DNA of 55,919 bases from Candidatus Tectimicrobiota bacterium (GTDB lineage Bacteria; JACPUC01), in the NCBI GenBank assembly GCA_016192455.1, contig JACPUC010000026.1:142902-198820 (forward strand), read 5' to 3'. The position numbers and the translations under genes are program-made. Under the pieces are notes generated by a model. That model saw only the letters and a list, made by a program, of their open reading frames with translations. It was not told the DNA's origin and ran no database searches. Positions 29,548 to 39,708 of this stretch are shown piece by piece (position 1 is the stretch's first letter; every line of letters begins with the position of its first letter).

Positions 29548-30390
29548 ATGGGCGAGATCGTCCTCACCATCGCGCTGGCGCACGCTCCCGGCCTGACGGG
29601 CTGGCTGGACCAGGCGCCGCAAGACCAGCAGCAACGGCTGCGCGACGGCTACCAGGAGATGGGGCGGATTGTCCGCGCCGCCAAGCCCGATACCATCATC
29701 GGCCTTGCCAACGACCATATCCTGAACTTCCAGTTCGACAACCCGCCCAACTTCTGCATCGGCACCGCCGACATCTGGCACGGCCCGGCCCCTTGGTTCA
29801 AGGACTGGCTCAACGTCCCCGATTACACGGTGAAGGGGAATCGCGACCTCGCCCATACCCTGGTGCGCGAGGGAGACCGGGCCGGGGTTCGCTTCGCCTA
29901 CTCCGACTCGCTCCTCTTCGATGATAACTGGTCGGTGCCGCTCTTCTACCTCACCCCCGACCACGATGTGCCGCTCGTGCCCATCCACATGAACTGCATC
30001 CTGCCGCCCCTGCCCACCCCGGCGGAATGTTTTCGCGTCGGCGAGGTGATCGCCGAGATCGTGCGCACCCGTCGGCCGGCACGCGAGCGCATCATCCTCA
30101 TGGCGACCGGGGGTCTCTCCCACGATCCGGGTGGGCCGGCTTACTTCAATGTTGATGAAGCGTTCGACCGCTGGTTCCTCAGCCTGCTCGAGGAGGGGAA
30201 CCCCCAGCGTGTCCTCAAGGAAGCGACGATCGAGCGCATGAAGCAGGCGGGCGACGGCGGCACCAGCGAGCTCCTCGCCTGGATCGCGGCGATGGGGGCC
30301 GTCGGCGGGCGACGCGCCAGAACCATCTGCTACGAGCCGGCCGTGGAGCTGCGCTGCGGCATGGGTGGCGTCGTCTGGGAGATGGCGTAG
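29548..30390 (+). CDS. class III extradiol dioxygenase catalytic subunit (LigB-like)
   Basis: AHAP, NDH, ATGGLSHDPG, SELLAW (His/His/Glu iron ligands and catalytic His). Confidence 0.87.
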   Translation: MGEIVLTIALAHAPGLTGWLDQAPQDQQQRLRDGYQEMGRIVRAAKPDTIIGLANDHILNFQFDNPPNFCIGTADIWHGPAPWFKDWLNVPDYTVKGNRDLAHTLVREGDRAGVRFAYSDSLLFDDNWSVPLFYLTPDHDVPLVPIHMNCILPPLPTPAECFRVGEVIAEIVRTRRPARERIILMATGGLSHDPGGPAYFNVDEAFDRWFLSLLEEGNPQRVLKEATIERMKQAGDGGTSELLAWIAAMGAVGGRRARTICYEPAVELRCGMGGVVWEMA

Positions 30391-30510
30391 GCGCGCAACC
30401 GCGCGGCTGGTGCGAAGCCCCGCCACCAGCCGCCGATGCATCCACGGGCGGGCTGCGCCCTGGCGACCTGCGTCAGGTCGGTCTGGCGGATCGGCCCGTT
30501 GGGAGGTACC

Positions 30511-31143
30511 ATGCGTAACGTGCTTCCTGATCTGGCGGCAAGAGTTGACCCCAAGCACACCGCCCTGGTCGTCATCGACATGCAGAACGACTTCTGCGCT
30601 CCAGAGGGATACATCGACAAGCTCGGCCTCGACGTCTCGCGCTGCCAACAGGTTGCCGCGCCGCTGACCGACCTCGTCGAGACGGCGCGCCGAGCCGATG
30701 TGCCGGTGATCTGGGTGCAGGCCATCTACGACGAGGTCTACCTCGCCGCCCCCATGCTCGCCAAGCGCCAGGAGATGGGGGCGCGTTTCGGCTGCTGCGA
30801 GACGGGCTCCTGGGGGGCTGAATTCTTCGGCGTCAAACCGCTGCCCGGCGAGTTCGTGGTGCAGAAGCATCGCTACAGCGCCTTTTCGGGCACCGAACTC
30901 GATAGCCTCCTGCGCGATCACGGCATCAAGACCATCGTCGTCACCGGCGTGCAGACCAACGTCTGCGTCGAGTCCACGCTGCGCGACGGCTTCTTCCATG
31001 GCTACTACATCGCCGTGCCGCGCGACTGCGTCGCCTCGCACTCGCCGGAGCTGCACGACGCCACCCTGAAGAACGTCGATCTCTGCTTCGGCAACGTGAC
31101 GAGCGGCGCCGAGCTGCGGCGCCTCTGGAGCGGCGCTTCGTAG
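30511..31143 (+). CDS. isochorismatase/cysteine hydrolase family amidohydrolase (RutB/maleamate amidohydrolase-like), copy 1
   Basis: VIDMQNDF, KHRYSAF, TNVCVESTLRD (D-K-C triad). Confidence 0.9.
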   Translation: MRNVLPDLAARVDPKHTALVVIDMQNDFCAPEGYIDKLGLDVSRCQQVAAPLTDLVETARRADVPVIWVQAIYDEVYLAAPMLAKRQEMGARFGCCETGSWGAEFFGVKPLPGEFVVQKHRYSAFSGTELDSLLRDHGIKTIVVTGVQTNVCVESTLRDGFFHGYYIAVPRDCVASHSPELHDATLKNVDLCFGNVTSGAELRRLWSGAS

Positions 31144-31289
31144 TATCCAGTCATGCCGAAGGGAGTCGAACGGCCGGCGCGGCAGGCGGCGGTGGCGACG
31201 AGTTCACGTGCGGGAGTGCCGACGATTCCAGCCGGAGCGTCGCCGCCAACCTCTTGGTACGCCCAGGAACCAGTGGCAAAGGAGAGCCG

Positions 31290-31922
31290 ATGCGCGAGAT
31301 TCTCACGGAGTTGGCAGAGATCGTGAAGCCGGAGCATACCGCGCTGCTCGTCATCGACATGCAGAATGATTTCTGCGCCCCGGGCGGCTACGTCCAGGCC
31401 GTCATGGGCAAGGACGTGAGCGGCGCGCCGCGACTGGCCGAAATCATCATGGACCTGGTGGAAGCGGCGCGACGGCTGCGCATCCCCCCCATCTGGATTC
31501 AGGCCATCTACGATGATCACTACTTGCAGCCACCCATGATCGCCAAGCGCCTGCCGAGGGGGTCGGAGGTCTTCTGCTGCCGCACCGGCACGTGGGGCGC
31601 CGACTTCTTCGGGGTGAAACCGCTCCCCGGCGAGTTCATCGTGCAGAAGCACCGCTTCAGCGGCTTCAACGGCACGCCGCTCGATAACCTCCTGCGCGAC
31701 CACGGCGTCAAGACCATCGTCACCACCGGCGTGACGACCAACGTCTGCGTCGAGTCCACCCTGCGCGACGGCTTCTTCAATGGCTACTACACGGTCGTGC
31801 CGAGCGACTGCGTGGCGGCGAACTCGCCGGACCTGCACGCCTCCTCGCTGAAGAACATCGAGCTCTTTTTCGGCTACATCAGCACCAGCGCCGAGCTGCA
31901 GGAGCTGTGGGAAAGGGGCTGA
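31290..31922 (+). CDS. isochorismatase/cysteine hydrolase family amidohydrolase, copy 2
   Basis: VIDMQNDF, KHRFSGF, TNVCVESTLRD. Same length as copy 1. Confidence 0.9.
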   Translation: MREILTELAEIVKPEHTALLVIDMQNDFCAPGGYVQAVMGKDVSGAPRLAEIIMDLVEAARRLRIPPIWIQAIYDDHYLQPPMIAKRLPRGSEVFCCRTGTWGADFFGVKPLPGEFIVQKHRFSGFNGTPLDNLLRDHGVKTIVTTGVTTNVCVESTLRDGFFNGYYTVVPSDCVAANSPDLHASSLKNIELFFGYISTSAELQELWERG

Positions 31923-32220
31923 CGGGACATCCCAAAAGTTCAGTGACGAATTCAATGCGCTGGAGGAGGCATCGGCGAGGGGATTTTTTCGGGACCCTGG
32001 CTCCCCCACACCCCCATTCCCCGCGGCTGCGCGGCGGCTCGCCTAGGTAGGGTGCGCGAGGGGAGAAGGCCCCCTCGCGGACTTCGGTTTCGGGCGGGGC
32101 AAGCCCCGCCCCTACGATCAGCTCCCGCGGAGGGGCGCGAGGGACGAGGGTCCCGGCAAGGGTGCTCTCCCCGAATCAGCACCCCCATCAGACGATGGAA
32201 GGAACATCCGAGAGGCGACC

Positions 32221-32673
32221 CTAGCGCCCCGCCTCCGCTGTCTCCCAGGGGGCCTGCTCGATGCGCTGCGCAATATAGTCGGGGAGAGGGATGCCCTTGT
32301 GCGCATCGCCGAGGCCGCTGGTGCAGCAGTCGATCTTCTCGCCGCGCGCCACCTCCTCGCCGTTCTTGCTGAAGGAGAAGGTGAACGTCAGGCTCTTCGT
32401 GCCCTTGCGCTTCACCCAGACGTGGGTCTCGATGACATCATCGAACACCACGATCTTTTTGTACTCGCAGGTCGCCTTCACCACGGTCCAGTCGTAGTTG
32501 TACTTGCCGGTGGCTCCCCAGTGATCCACCAGCGGCCCCGGCAGGTTCAGCGAGCGGAAGAACTCCCCCTCCATCTCATCCATCCACTTGAAGTAGTTCG
32601 CAAAGAAAATGATGCCCGCGGCATCAGTCTCGTGGAACTGCACGCGGCGTGTGTGGCGAATTTCGTAGGCCAT
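32221..32673 (-). CDS. acyl-CoA thioesterase (4HBT/hotdog family)
   Basis: VQFHETDAAGIIFFANYFKW motif. Downstream of an aryl-CoA ligase. Confidence 0.85.
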   Translation of the reverse strand: MAYEIRHTRRVQFHETDAAGIIFFANYFKWMDEMEGEFFRSLNLPGPLVDHWGATGKYNYDWTVVKATCEYKKIVVFDDVIETHVWVKRKGTKSLTFTFSFSKNGEEVARGEKIDCCTSGLGDAHKGIPLPDYIAQRIEQAPWETAEAGR

Positions 32674-32896
32674 GCATTGCACCTTCTCAGACGTGTGGCG
32701 GTCGCGCGGGGGATGTCGGCCCCCCTCCCCGGTTGCACGCAGCTCGGCCTGCCGCCCGCTTCCCTGCACGGCGTCGCCGCGCCGAGCCGAGTACGGCGGC
32801 GAACCACTCCCCTCCTCCTGCGCATCCATGGAGAGCGGCGCAGCGGCAGGTGATTGAAAGGCGGGGGGCGCGCGTCGGCAGCGCACCCGCAGCCCC

Positions 32897-34543
32897 TCAG
32901 GACTGCGGGTGTTTCGCCTGCTCGCGCTGGCGCAGCTCGGTGCGGCGGATTTTGCCGGTCGGGGTGCGCGGCAGGTCGTCCACGAACTCGATGAGGCGAG
33001 GGTACTTGAACGGCGCCAGGCGCTCCTTGACGAAGCGCCGCAGCTCCTGCTTCAGAGGCTCCGCCGCCGCGGCCGGCTCCTTCAGCATGACGAAGGCCTT
33101 CACCACCATGCCGCGCTGCGAGTCGGGAGCGCCGATGACCGCCGCCTCGAGCACCCGCGGGTGCTGCATGAGGGCGTGCTCCACCTCCGGCGCGCCGATG
33201 TTGTAGCCGCCGCTGATGATCAGGTCGTCGTTGCGGCAGACGTAGGTGTAGAAGCCGTCCTCGCCGCGCCGGTACATATCGCCGGTGAAGTTCCACCCCT
33301 GGCGCACCACCGCCTGCTGGCGCTCCGGCTTGCGCCAGTAGACGATCCCCAGCGGGCCGCGCACGGCGAGCATGCCGGGTTCACCGAGGGGCACATCGTT
33401 GAGCTGTTCATCCACCAGCCGCACCTCGTAGCCCGGCACGGGCACGCCGGTGGTGCCGGCCTTGACGTGCCCCGGGCGGTTGCTGAGGAAGGTGTAGTAC
33501 ATCTCGGTACTGCCGATGCCGTCGAGGAGCTCGATGCCGAGGCGCTCCCGGTAGGCGTGGAAGAGGCTGGCGGGCAGCGGCTCGCCGGCGCTGATGCAGG
33601 CGCGCAGGCTGCTCAGGTCGTAGGCGGCGCCGAAGCCGGGATGCTGCAGCATGAAGTTGTACGCGGTCGGCACGGCGAAAAGCACCGTGATGCGGTGGCG
33701 GTGGATGGTCTCGAGCATCGTCTCGGGCGTGAACGTCCCCACCATCGAGGTGGCGGCGCCGAAGCGCAGCGGGATGATCAGCAACCCTCCCAGTCCGTAG
33801 GTGAAGGCCAGCGGCGGGTGCCCGCCGAAGATGTCATCCTGCCGAGGCTCGACGACGTGGCGGCCGAAGGCGTCCGCGATGATATTGTTATCGATATGGA
33901 AGTGGGCCGCTCCCTTCGGCTCGCCGGTGGTGCCGGAGGTGTAGGCGATGAGGGCGAGGTCGTTGGCATCGCAGAACACCGGGTCAAGCTGGTCCGACTC
34001 GGCCGCCTGCAGCTCGTCCAGCCGCAGGAAGCCCTCCCGCGCGGGACCCGTGGCGAGGCAGTGGCGCACCGTCGTGAAGCGGCCGCGGCCCCGCTCCACC
34101 TCCTCGGTGAGATCGCCGGCGCAGAGGATGGCACTCACCTCGGCGTCGTTGGCAATGTAAGTGAGCTCGTGGGCGCGGAACAGCGGCATGGTGGAGACGC
34201 AGACGGCGCCGAGGCGCAGCACGGCCAGCCAGGCGATGATGAAGTCCGGCTCGTTGCGGTAGCGCAGCAGCACGCGGTCAAGCCGCCTGATGCCGAGGCG
34301 CCGCAGGGCATTCCCCAGCCGGTTCACCGCCGCCGCAAGCTGGCCGTAAGTCATCGTGGTCTGCCGGTAGTAGACCGCAACCTTGTTCCCCCGCCCCGCC
34401 TCGAGGTGATCATCCAGCAGGTAGGTCACCGAGTTGAAGCGCTCCGGGTAGCGGAACTCCGGCAGGGGGTAGCGCCGCTCCGGCCACAGCTCCGGCGCCG
34501 GCAGAAACCGCTCCATGATCTCCTGCATCGTCTGCACGCTCAT
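32897..34543 (-). CDS. benzoate-CoA ligase family protein (2-aminobenzoate-CoA ligase-like)
   Basis: N-terminal LP..ELWP...LPE..YPERFN, YTSGTTGEPKG, PPLAFTYGLGG, DGIGSTEM, PFKYPR...TGKI. Confidence 0.87.
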   Translation of the reverse strand: MSVQTMQEIMERFLPAPELWPERRYPLPEFRYPERFNSVTYLLDDHLEAGRGNKVAVYYRQTTMTYGQLAAAVNRLGNALRRLGIRRLDRVLLRYRNEPDFIIAWLAVLRLGAVCVSTMPLFRAHELTYIANDAEVSAILCAGDLTEEVERGRGRFTTVRHCLATGPAREGFLRLDELQAAESDQLDPVFCDANDLALIAYTSGTTGEPKGAAHFHIDNNIIADAFGRHVVEPRQDDIFGGHPPLAFTYGLGGLLIIPLRFGAATSMVGTFTPETMLETIHRHRITVLFAVPTAYNFMLQHPGFGAAYDLSSLRACISAGEPLPASLFHAYRERLGIELLDGIGSTEMYYTFLSNRPGHVKAGTTGVPVPGYEVRLVDEQLNDVPLGEPGMLAVRGPLGIVYWRKPERQQAVVRQGWNFTGDMYRRGEDGFYTYVCRNDDLIISGGYNIGAPEVEHALMQHPRVLEAAVIGAPDSQRGMVVKAFVMLKEPAAAAEPLKQELRRFVKERLAPFKYPRLIEFVDDLPRTPTGKIRRTELRQREQAKHPQS

Positions 34544-34764
34544 GCGCTGCCATCCTGCTTCTAAAGCCCAGTCACGAGAGAGAACCTAGACGCGACGCGG
34601 AGCTTTACTATACCATAAGCGGCGGCAAGGCCCAAAACGGCGGGGCCGGCCCCGCGCCGACCGCACGGCGATGCCGGCAGGGCCATCACGGCGGCCCATC
34701 CACCGCGGACTCAGCGCCGGCGCTTACCACGCGCGCGCCGCGAATTTCTCAGAGGTGGTCTGAC

Positions 34765-35775
34765 ATGGACAGGACGATCGACATCCACTCGCACCTCTTC
34801 ACACACGAGTGCGCCGCCGCCTGCTCGCGGGTCGATGCCGACTGGCAGTTCTCCATTCAGGCCAATGAGCGCGGTCTGCACTACATCCATATCCGCGACC
34901 AGATCATCGGTCCCGTGCGGCCGGGCATGTTCGACCTGGCGGCGCGCCGGGAGGACATGCAGCGCAGCCGCCTCGAGCGCCACGTCCTCAGCGTCATGCC
35001 CTTCGCCTTCCTCTACCACGCCCCGGTTTCCTGCGCCATCGCCTTCTCCCGGCTGCAGAACGAGATGCTCGCCGCGGCGGTGCAGCGCCACCCGCGCCAG
35101 TTCGTCGGCCTCGCCACGGTGCCGCTCCAGGACCCGGACGCCGCCGTCAAGGAGCTGCACCACGCCGTGACGCAGCTCGGCCTGCGCGGCGTGGAGATCG
35201 GCACGAACGTGCAGGGCGCCTACCTCGACGACCCGCGCTTCTTCCCTTTCTACGAGGCGGTGCAGGACCTCCAGGCGCCGATCCTCGTCCATCCCCAGGA
35301 TGTGGCGGGAGGGGAGGCGCTGAACCCCTATTTCCTGCGCAACCTCATCGGCAACCCCCTGGACACGGCGATCGCCATGGCGCGCCTCATCCTTGGGGGG
35401 GTGATCGAGCGCTTTCCGCGCCTGCGCCTCTGCTTCGTGCACGGCGGCGGTTTCCTGCCGTACCAGATCGGGCGGCTGGACTTCGCCTACCGCTCGCGCC
35501 CGGAGCTGCAGGGAACCCTGCCGAAACCGCCGAGCGAGTACTTCAGCTCCCTCTACTTCGACACCGTTCTTTTCCACGAGCCGGCCATCGAGTACCTCAT
35601 CAACCAGGTGGGGGCCGACCACGTGCTCCTTGGCACGGATTACCCCTTCCGGCTCTCCGACCCCAACCCGGTGGCTACGGTGAACCGCTGCACGGGGCTG
35701 GGGGTTGACGAGCGCCGGGAGGTGCTTGGCCGCAACGCGCAGCGGTTCTTGAACCTTCCTGACGATGAGGCGTAG
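34765..35775 (+). CDS. amidohydrolase_2 family protein (ACMSD-like decarboxylase)
   Basis: DIHSH, VPLQD, LVHP, VHGGGFLP, GTDYPF. Confidence 0.87.
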   Translation: MDRTIDIHSHLFTHECAAACSRVDADWQFSIQANERGLHYIHIRDQIIGPVRPGMFDLAARREDMQRSRLERHVLSVMPFAFLYHAPVSCAIAFSRLQNEMLAAAVQRHPRQFVGLATVPLQDPDAAVKELHHAVTQLGLRGVEIGTNVQGAYLDDPRFFPFYEAVQDLQAPILVHPQDVAGGEALNPYFLRNLIGNPLDTAIAMARLILGGVIERFPRLRLCFVHGGGFLPYQIGRLDFAYRSRPELQGTLPKPPSEYFSSLYFDTVLFHEPAIEYLINQVGADHVLLGTDYPFRLSDPNPVATVNRCTGLGVDERREVLGRNAQRFLNLPDDEA

Positions 35776-35828
35776 CGGGCGCGCACGGCGCCGGTCGGCC
35801 TGGGCGCGGAGAGCACGCGGGAGCAGTG

Positions 35829-38042
35829 ATGAGCCTCGTCGTCCAGGGCGAAGTCGAGAACGTCGTCTACCGCAACCCGGAGAACAACTATACGGTGCTG
35901 CGGCTGCGCCTCGAGGGACGCCAGGGCCTCGCCACCGCCGTCGGGCACCTGCACGAGGTGGCGTGCGGGGAGTTCCTGCGGCTTACGGGCGACTGGGTGT
36001 CGCATAAGCGCTACGGCGAACAGTTCAAGGTGGAGCGCTATGAGACGGTGGCGCCCACCAGCCAGAGCGGCATCGAGCGCTTCCTCGCCTCCGGGCTCCT
36101 GAAGGGGATCGGCCCCGAGCTGGCCCGGCGCATCACGGCGGCGTTCGGCGAGCAGACCTTCGAGGTCCTCGACACGCAGATCGAGCGCCTCCTCGAAGTG
36201 GAGGGGATCGGCGAGATTCGCCTGGGCCAGATCGCGGCGAACTGGCACGAGCATCAGCAGACCCGCAGCATCATGTTCGGCCTGCAGGAGATGGGCGTCA
36301 GCATCGCCTACGCGACGCGCATCTTCAAGAAGTACGGCGCCGAGAGCCTAGCGGTGGTAAGCGCCAACCCCTACGTGTTGGCGGAGGAAATCTTCGGCAT
36401 CGGCTTCAAGCGCGCCGACGCCATCGCCATGCACCTCGGCATCGAGCGCGACGCGGCGCTGCGTCTGCAGGCGGGGGTCGTCTACACGCTGACACAGTTC
36501 GTCGAGGAGGGGCATGTTTACTGCCCCTACGAGACCCTCATCGAACGCGCTCAGAGCCTCCTCGGCTGCGAGCGCGAGGCGGTCGCCATGGCCGTCGCCC
36601 AGGAGGTGCAGGCGCGGCACCTCCTCATCGTCGACCTCAACCTCGACGCCGAGCAGCCGCAGGTCAACCACAAGGCCGTCTACCTCCCCTTCCTCTACCA
36701 TGCCGAGACGGCCATCGCCGAGCGCTTGGCGAAGCTCCTGCGCGCCGACTGCCCCCTCGTCATCGACGAGGAGGAGCGCGTCATGGCCGCCTGCCTCGAC
36801 GGCTGGTCGATTGAGCTGGCGCCGGCGCAGCGCCGCGCCATCGCGGCGGCCCTGCGGGAGAAGCTCCTCATCATCACCGGCGGGCCGGGCACCGGCAAGA
36901 CCACCATCGTCAACGCCATCATCACCATCTTCCAGGCCTACCGGGCGCGCATCCTCCTGGCGGCGCCGACAGGGCGCGCCGCCAAGCGCCTCACGGAGAC
37001 CACCGGCCGCGAGGCGCGCACCATCCACATGCTCCTCGAGTACACCTTCCAGGCTGGCTTCCAGCGCCACGCCAAGCGGCCCCTGGAGGCCGACCTCCTG
37101 ATCATCGACGAGGCGTCGATGATCGACACCTCCCTCATGCACCACCTCCTGAAGGCCATCCCCGCCCAGGCGCGCCTCATCCTGGTGGGGGACGTGAACC
37201 AGCTCCCCTCCGTGGGACCGGGGAACATCCTGCACGACCTCATCAGCTCGCAGCGCCTGCGTGTGACCGAGCTGCACGACATCTTCCGCCAGGAGGCCAG
37301 AAGCCTCATCGTCCTCAACGCCCACCGCATCAACGAGGGACGCCTACCCGTGTACGACGTGGAGGGGGGCGAGCGCCTGGCCGATTTCTTTTTCATCGAG
37401 GAGGAGGATGCCGCCAAGGTCCTGGAGGTCGTGAAACGCCTCTGCAGCGAGCGCATCCCGGAGAAGTTCCAGCTCCACCCGACGCACGACATCCAGGTGA
37501 TGACGCCGATGTACAAAGGGCTCGTCGGCGTCGACAACCTCAACAGCGAGCTACAGGCCCTCTTCAATCCCAATGCGCCACCGGTGGCGACAGGTCGCGG
37601 CAACCTGCGCCTGGGCGACAAGGTGATGCAGATTCGCAACAACTACGAGAAGGGGGTGTTCAACGGCGATATCGGCTGGGTGGCGGAGGTGCGCGGCGAG
37701 GATGAGCTGCTGCGCATTGATTTCGACGACCGCGCCGTGACCTACGAGTTCGGCGATCTCAATGAGGTCGTCCTCGCCTACGCCGTCTCCGTGCACAAGG
37801 CGCAGGGGAGCGAGTACCCCGCCGTCGTGCTCCCCCTTCTGCCGCAGCACTACCTGCTTCTGCAGCGCAACCTCCTCTACACCGCCGTGACGCGCGCCCG
37901 CCAGCTCGTCGTCATCGTCGGCTCCAAGAAAGCCCTGGCGATGGCGGTGCAGAACGACCGCGTCATGCACCGCTACACCGGCCTCGAGCGCTGGCTGCGC
38001 GAGGAGGTCGCGCCGCTCGCCGATCCGCAGCTCCTCCGCTGA
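35829..38042 (+). CDS. recD2: ATP-dependent RecD2-like DNA helicase
   Basis: N-terminal H.RYGEQF, HhH repeats (KGIGP, EGIG), TGGPGTGKTT, DEASM, VGDVNQLPSVG, HKAQGSEY, LYTAVTRA. Confidence 0.95.
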   Translation: MSLVVQGEVENVVYRNPENNYTVLRLRLEGRQGLATAVGHLHEVACGEFLRLTGDWVSHKRYGEQFKVERYETVAPTSQSGIERFLASGLLKGIGPELARRITAAFGEQTFEVLDTQIERLLEVEGIGEIRLGQIAANWHEHQQTRSIMFGLQEMGVSIAYATRIFKKYGAESLAVVSANPYVLAEEIFGIGFKRADAIAMHLGIERDAALRLQAGVVYTLTQFVEEGHVYCPYETLIERAQSLLGCEREAVAMAVAQEVQARHLLIVDLNLDAEQPQVNHKAVYLPFLYHAETAIAERLAKLLRADCPLVIDEEERVMAACLDGWSIELAPAQRRAIAAALREKLLIITGGPGTGKTTIVNAIITIFQAYRARILLAAPTGRAAKRLTETTGREARTIHMLLEYTFQAGFQRHAKRPLEADLLIIDEASMIDTSLMHHLLKAIPAQARLILVGDVNQLPSVGPGNILHDLISSQRLRVTELHDIFRQEARSLIVLNAHRINEGRLPVYDVEGGERLADFFFIEEEDAAKVLEVVKRLCSERIPEKFQLHPTHDIQVMTPMYKGLVGVDNLNSELQALFNPNAPPVATGRGNLRLGDKVMQIRNNYEKGVFNGDIGWVAEVRGEDELLRIDFDDRAVTYEFGDLNEVVLAYAVSVHKAQGSEYPAVVLPLLPQHYLLLQRNLLYTAVTRARQLVVIVGSKKALAMAVQNDRVMHRYTGLERWLREEVAPLADPQLLR

Positions 38043-38103
38043 GGCCTCGCCCGCCCCCGCCGCTCCCGACTGGTCACCCACTCCGCACCCGTGAGGCGCG
38101 CCG

Positions 38104-38132
38104 TTGACACTCCTCGTACCCCCCGCTAGAGT
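38104..38132 (+). promoter_or_regulatory. sigma-70-type promoter
   Basis: TTGACA (38104-09) - 17 nt - TAGAGT (38127-32), upstream of the 38290 ORF. Confidence 0.55.
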
Positions 38133-38289
38133 GACGGAGGGCGTCAGGCGCAGGAGAAGCTCCCTCGGCAGGCGGCCTCCTCCTGGCGAGGGCGCCGGAC
38201 ATGCCGCGCCGGCCTCGGGGAGCTGAGGCGGGGAACCCGCGGCAGGGAGTTCCAGGCGCCGCAGCGGCGTGGGCAAGGCGGAGGCGGCC

Positions 38290-38688
38290 ATGCCGATCTG
38301 GGTGCTACAGATCTTGCAGATTGTCGTCTGGCCTCTGGCGGTGCTGGGGGTGGCGTTCGTCCTGCGCTCGGCGGTTCTTGGCTGGGCGCGCAGCCGCTCG
38401 CAGGTGGCGCTCGGTCGCCGCCTGCGCGCGCACGTCGAGGCGCTGGAGCAGCGCCTGTCCGGCAACGAAGAGCAGGAACGCCTGGCAACCCACATCGCCG
38501 CGCAGTTCGACCCCTCCAGTGAAGCCATCCGCATCGCCAATGCCGTGGCGGAGATTCCCCCCGTGGCGCGGGAGAAGATGAAGCCGCGCCTGCAGGAATA
38601 CCTGGGCGAGGCGGTGCGCCGCAGCAGCCGACTGGCCGCCGGCTGCGTGGTCGAGACCCTGCGCAAGAGCGAGAACGGGATCAGGTGA
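38290..38688 (+). CDS. hypothetical membrane-anchored protein
   Basis: N-terminal TM (ILQIVVWPLAVLGVAFVL), GGAGG RBS, upstream promoter, GC3-rich codons. Confidence 0.6.
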   Translation: MPIWVLQILQIVVWPLAVLGVAFVLRSAVLGWARSRSQVALGRRLRAHVEALEQRLSGNEEQERLATHIAAQFDPSSEAIRIANAVAEIPPVAREKMKPRLQEYLGEAVRRSSRLAAGCVVETLRKSENGIR

Positions 38689-39036
38689 ACCGTGTCAGGA
38701 CGAAAGGGTTGCAACGCTGGTGGCATCGACGTAGACTAGGTTTTGTGCTGGCGCGCGGTTGAGTCCGCCGATGTGGATGACGCGAGGGAGGCGCGGCGGC
38801 CGTCAGGCGCCGGCATGGCGGCGTGGTCCCCCTTCCCGAGCGAATCCCACGGCCCAGGGGTGCGATGGCGGCTCTGTTGAAGCGCGCCGTAATGAGCTGA
38901 GGGGGGGCCCCTGCCTCGGTGGGAGGAGGAGCGAGGAGTCTGCTCGCCCTAGGGTGCGGCTGATTGTTCAGGTTGGCCATGGAATAGAGGCAGGGAAGCA
39001 GGCAGGTGGAAGTCCGTTTGCTCAGGGTGGAGTCCA

Positions 39037-39318
39037 ATGGAGCAAGTAGTGTTCGAGTTGGCTGGTGGGAAGTACTCGGTGCGTGAGACCTATTGGAATG
39101 ACGAGACGAAGGCGCTCTTTCGCATTATCAACGAAAAGGAGGGGCGAACGGAGGTTTCGGATTTCTACGTCAGCGCCAAGCGGCGGCGCGGCAAATCCAC
39201 CCCCCTCGAGGAGCTGATTGGCTTTCTGGAGAAGATCCTCAATCATTCAAAGTCGCGCGATCGACAACCGTTTCCTACACCGGGGCACGAGGAAGGGCGC
39301 GCGTTCACCTCGCGGTAG
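39037..39318 (+). CDS. small hypothetical protein
   Basis: GGAG RBS and globular-looking composition. No family recognised. Confidence 0.5.
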   Translation: MEQVVFELAGGKYSVRETYWNDETKALFRIINEKEGRTEVSDFYVSAKRRRGKSTPLEELIGFLEKILNHSKSRDRQPFPTPGHEEGRAFTSR

Positions 39319-39708
39319 CACCGGCACGCTCGATCCCATGGGAGCGTTACGAGGGCTGAGTCGGGACCAGTGAGCGCCCAGGGGTGAGAACCGCAGCATC
39401 GCTTCACCCTCGGCATGCCATCGGAGGCTGGTCCTGGCGTTAAGGTTCAACCACCCTGTTGCGCACGCTTTCCATTCCGGGGACAGCCCGCCGTTTTTGG
39501 GCCCTGATGCGGGAATGCGGGAACGGCGCCGCCCTCTGACAGCGCCGTTCCTTGATGCCTCTGCCGATCCTTGCAGTCTACAACCTGGCCTCCTCCCCAA
39601 AGCCCCTGTGGCAGTGGCGTCTCAACTAAGCCCACCCAGCTTTTCCCATCGAGGCGCACCGTCGAGATGGCGCTGGCCGGCCGCCGATGGCTCCCTCCGC
39701 GCCGCCCC

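Noticed and set aside
38684-38725. SRP (4.5S) RNA, because GAACCGTGTCAGG..GAAAGG resembles its core
   Set aside because: The tetraloop stem does not pair properly, the conserved AGCAG is missing, and no long flanking helix is seen.
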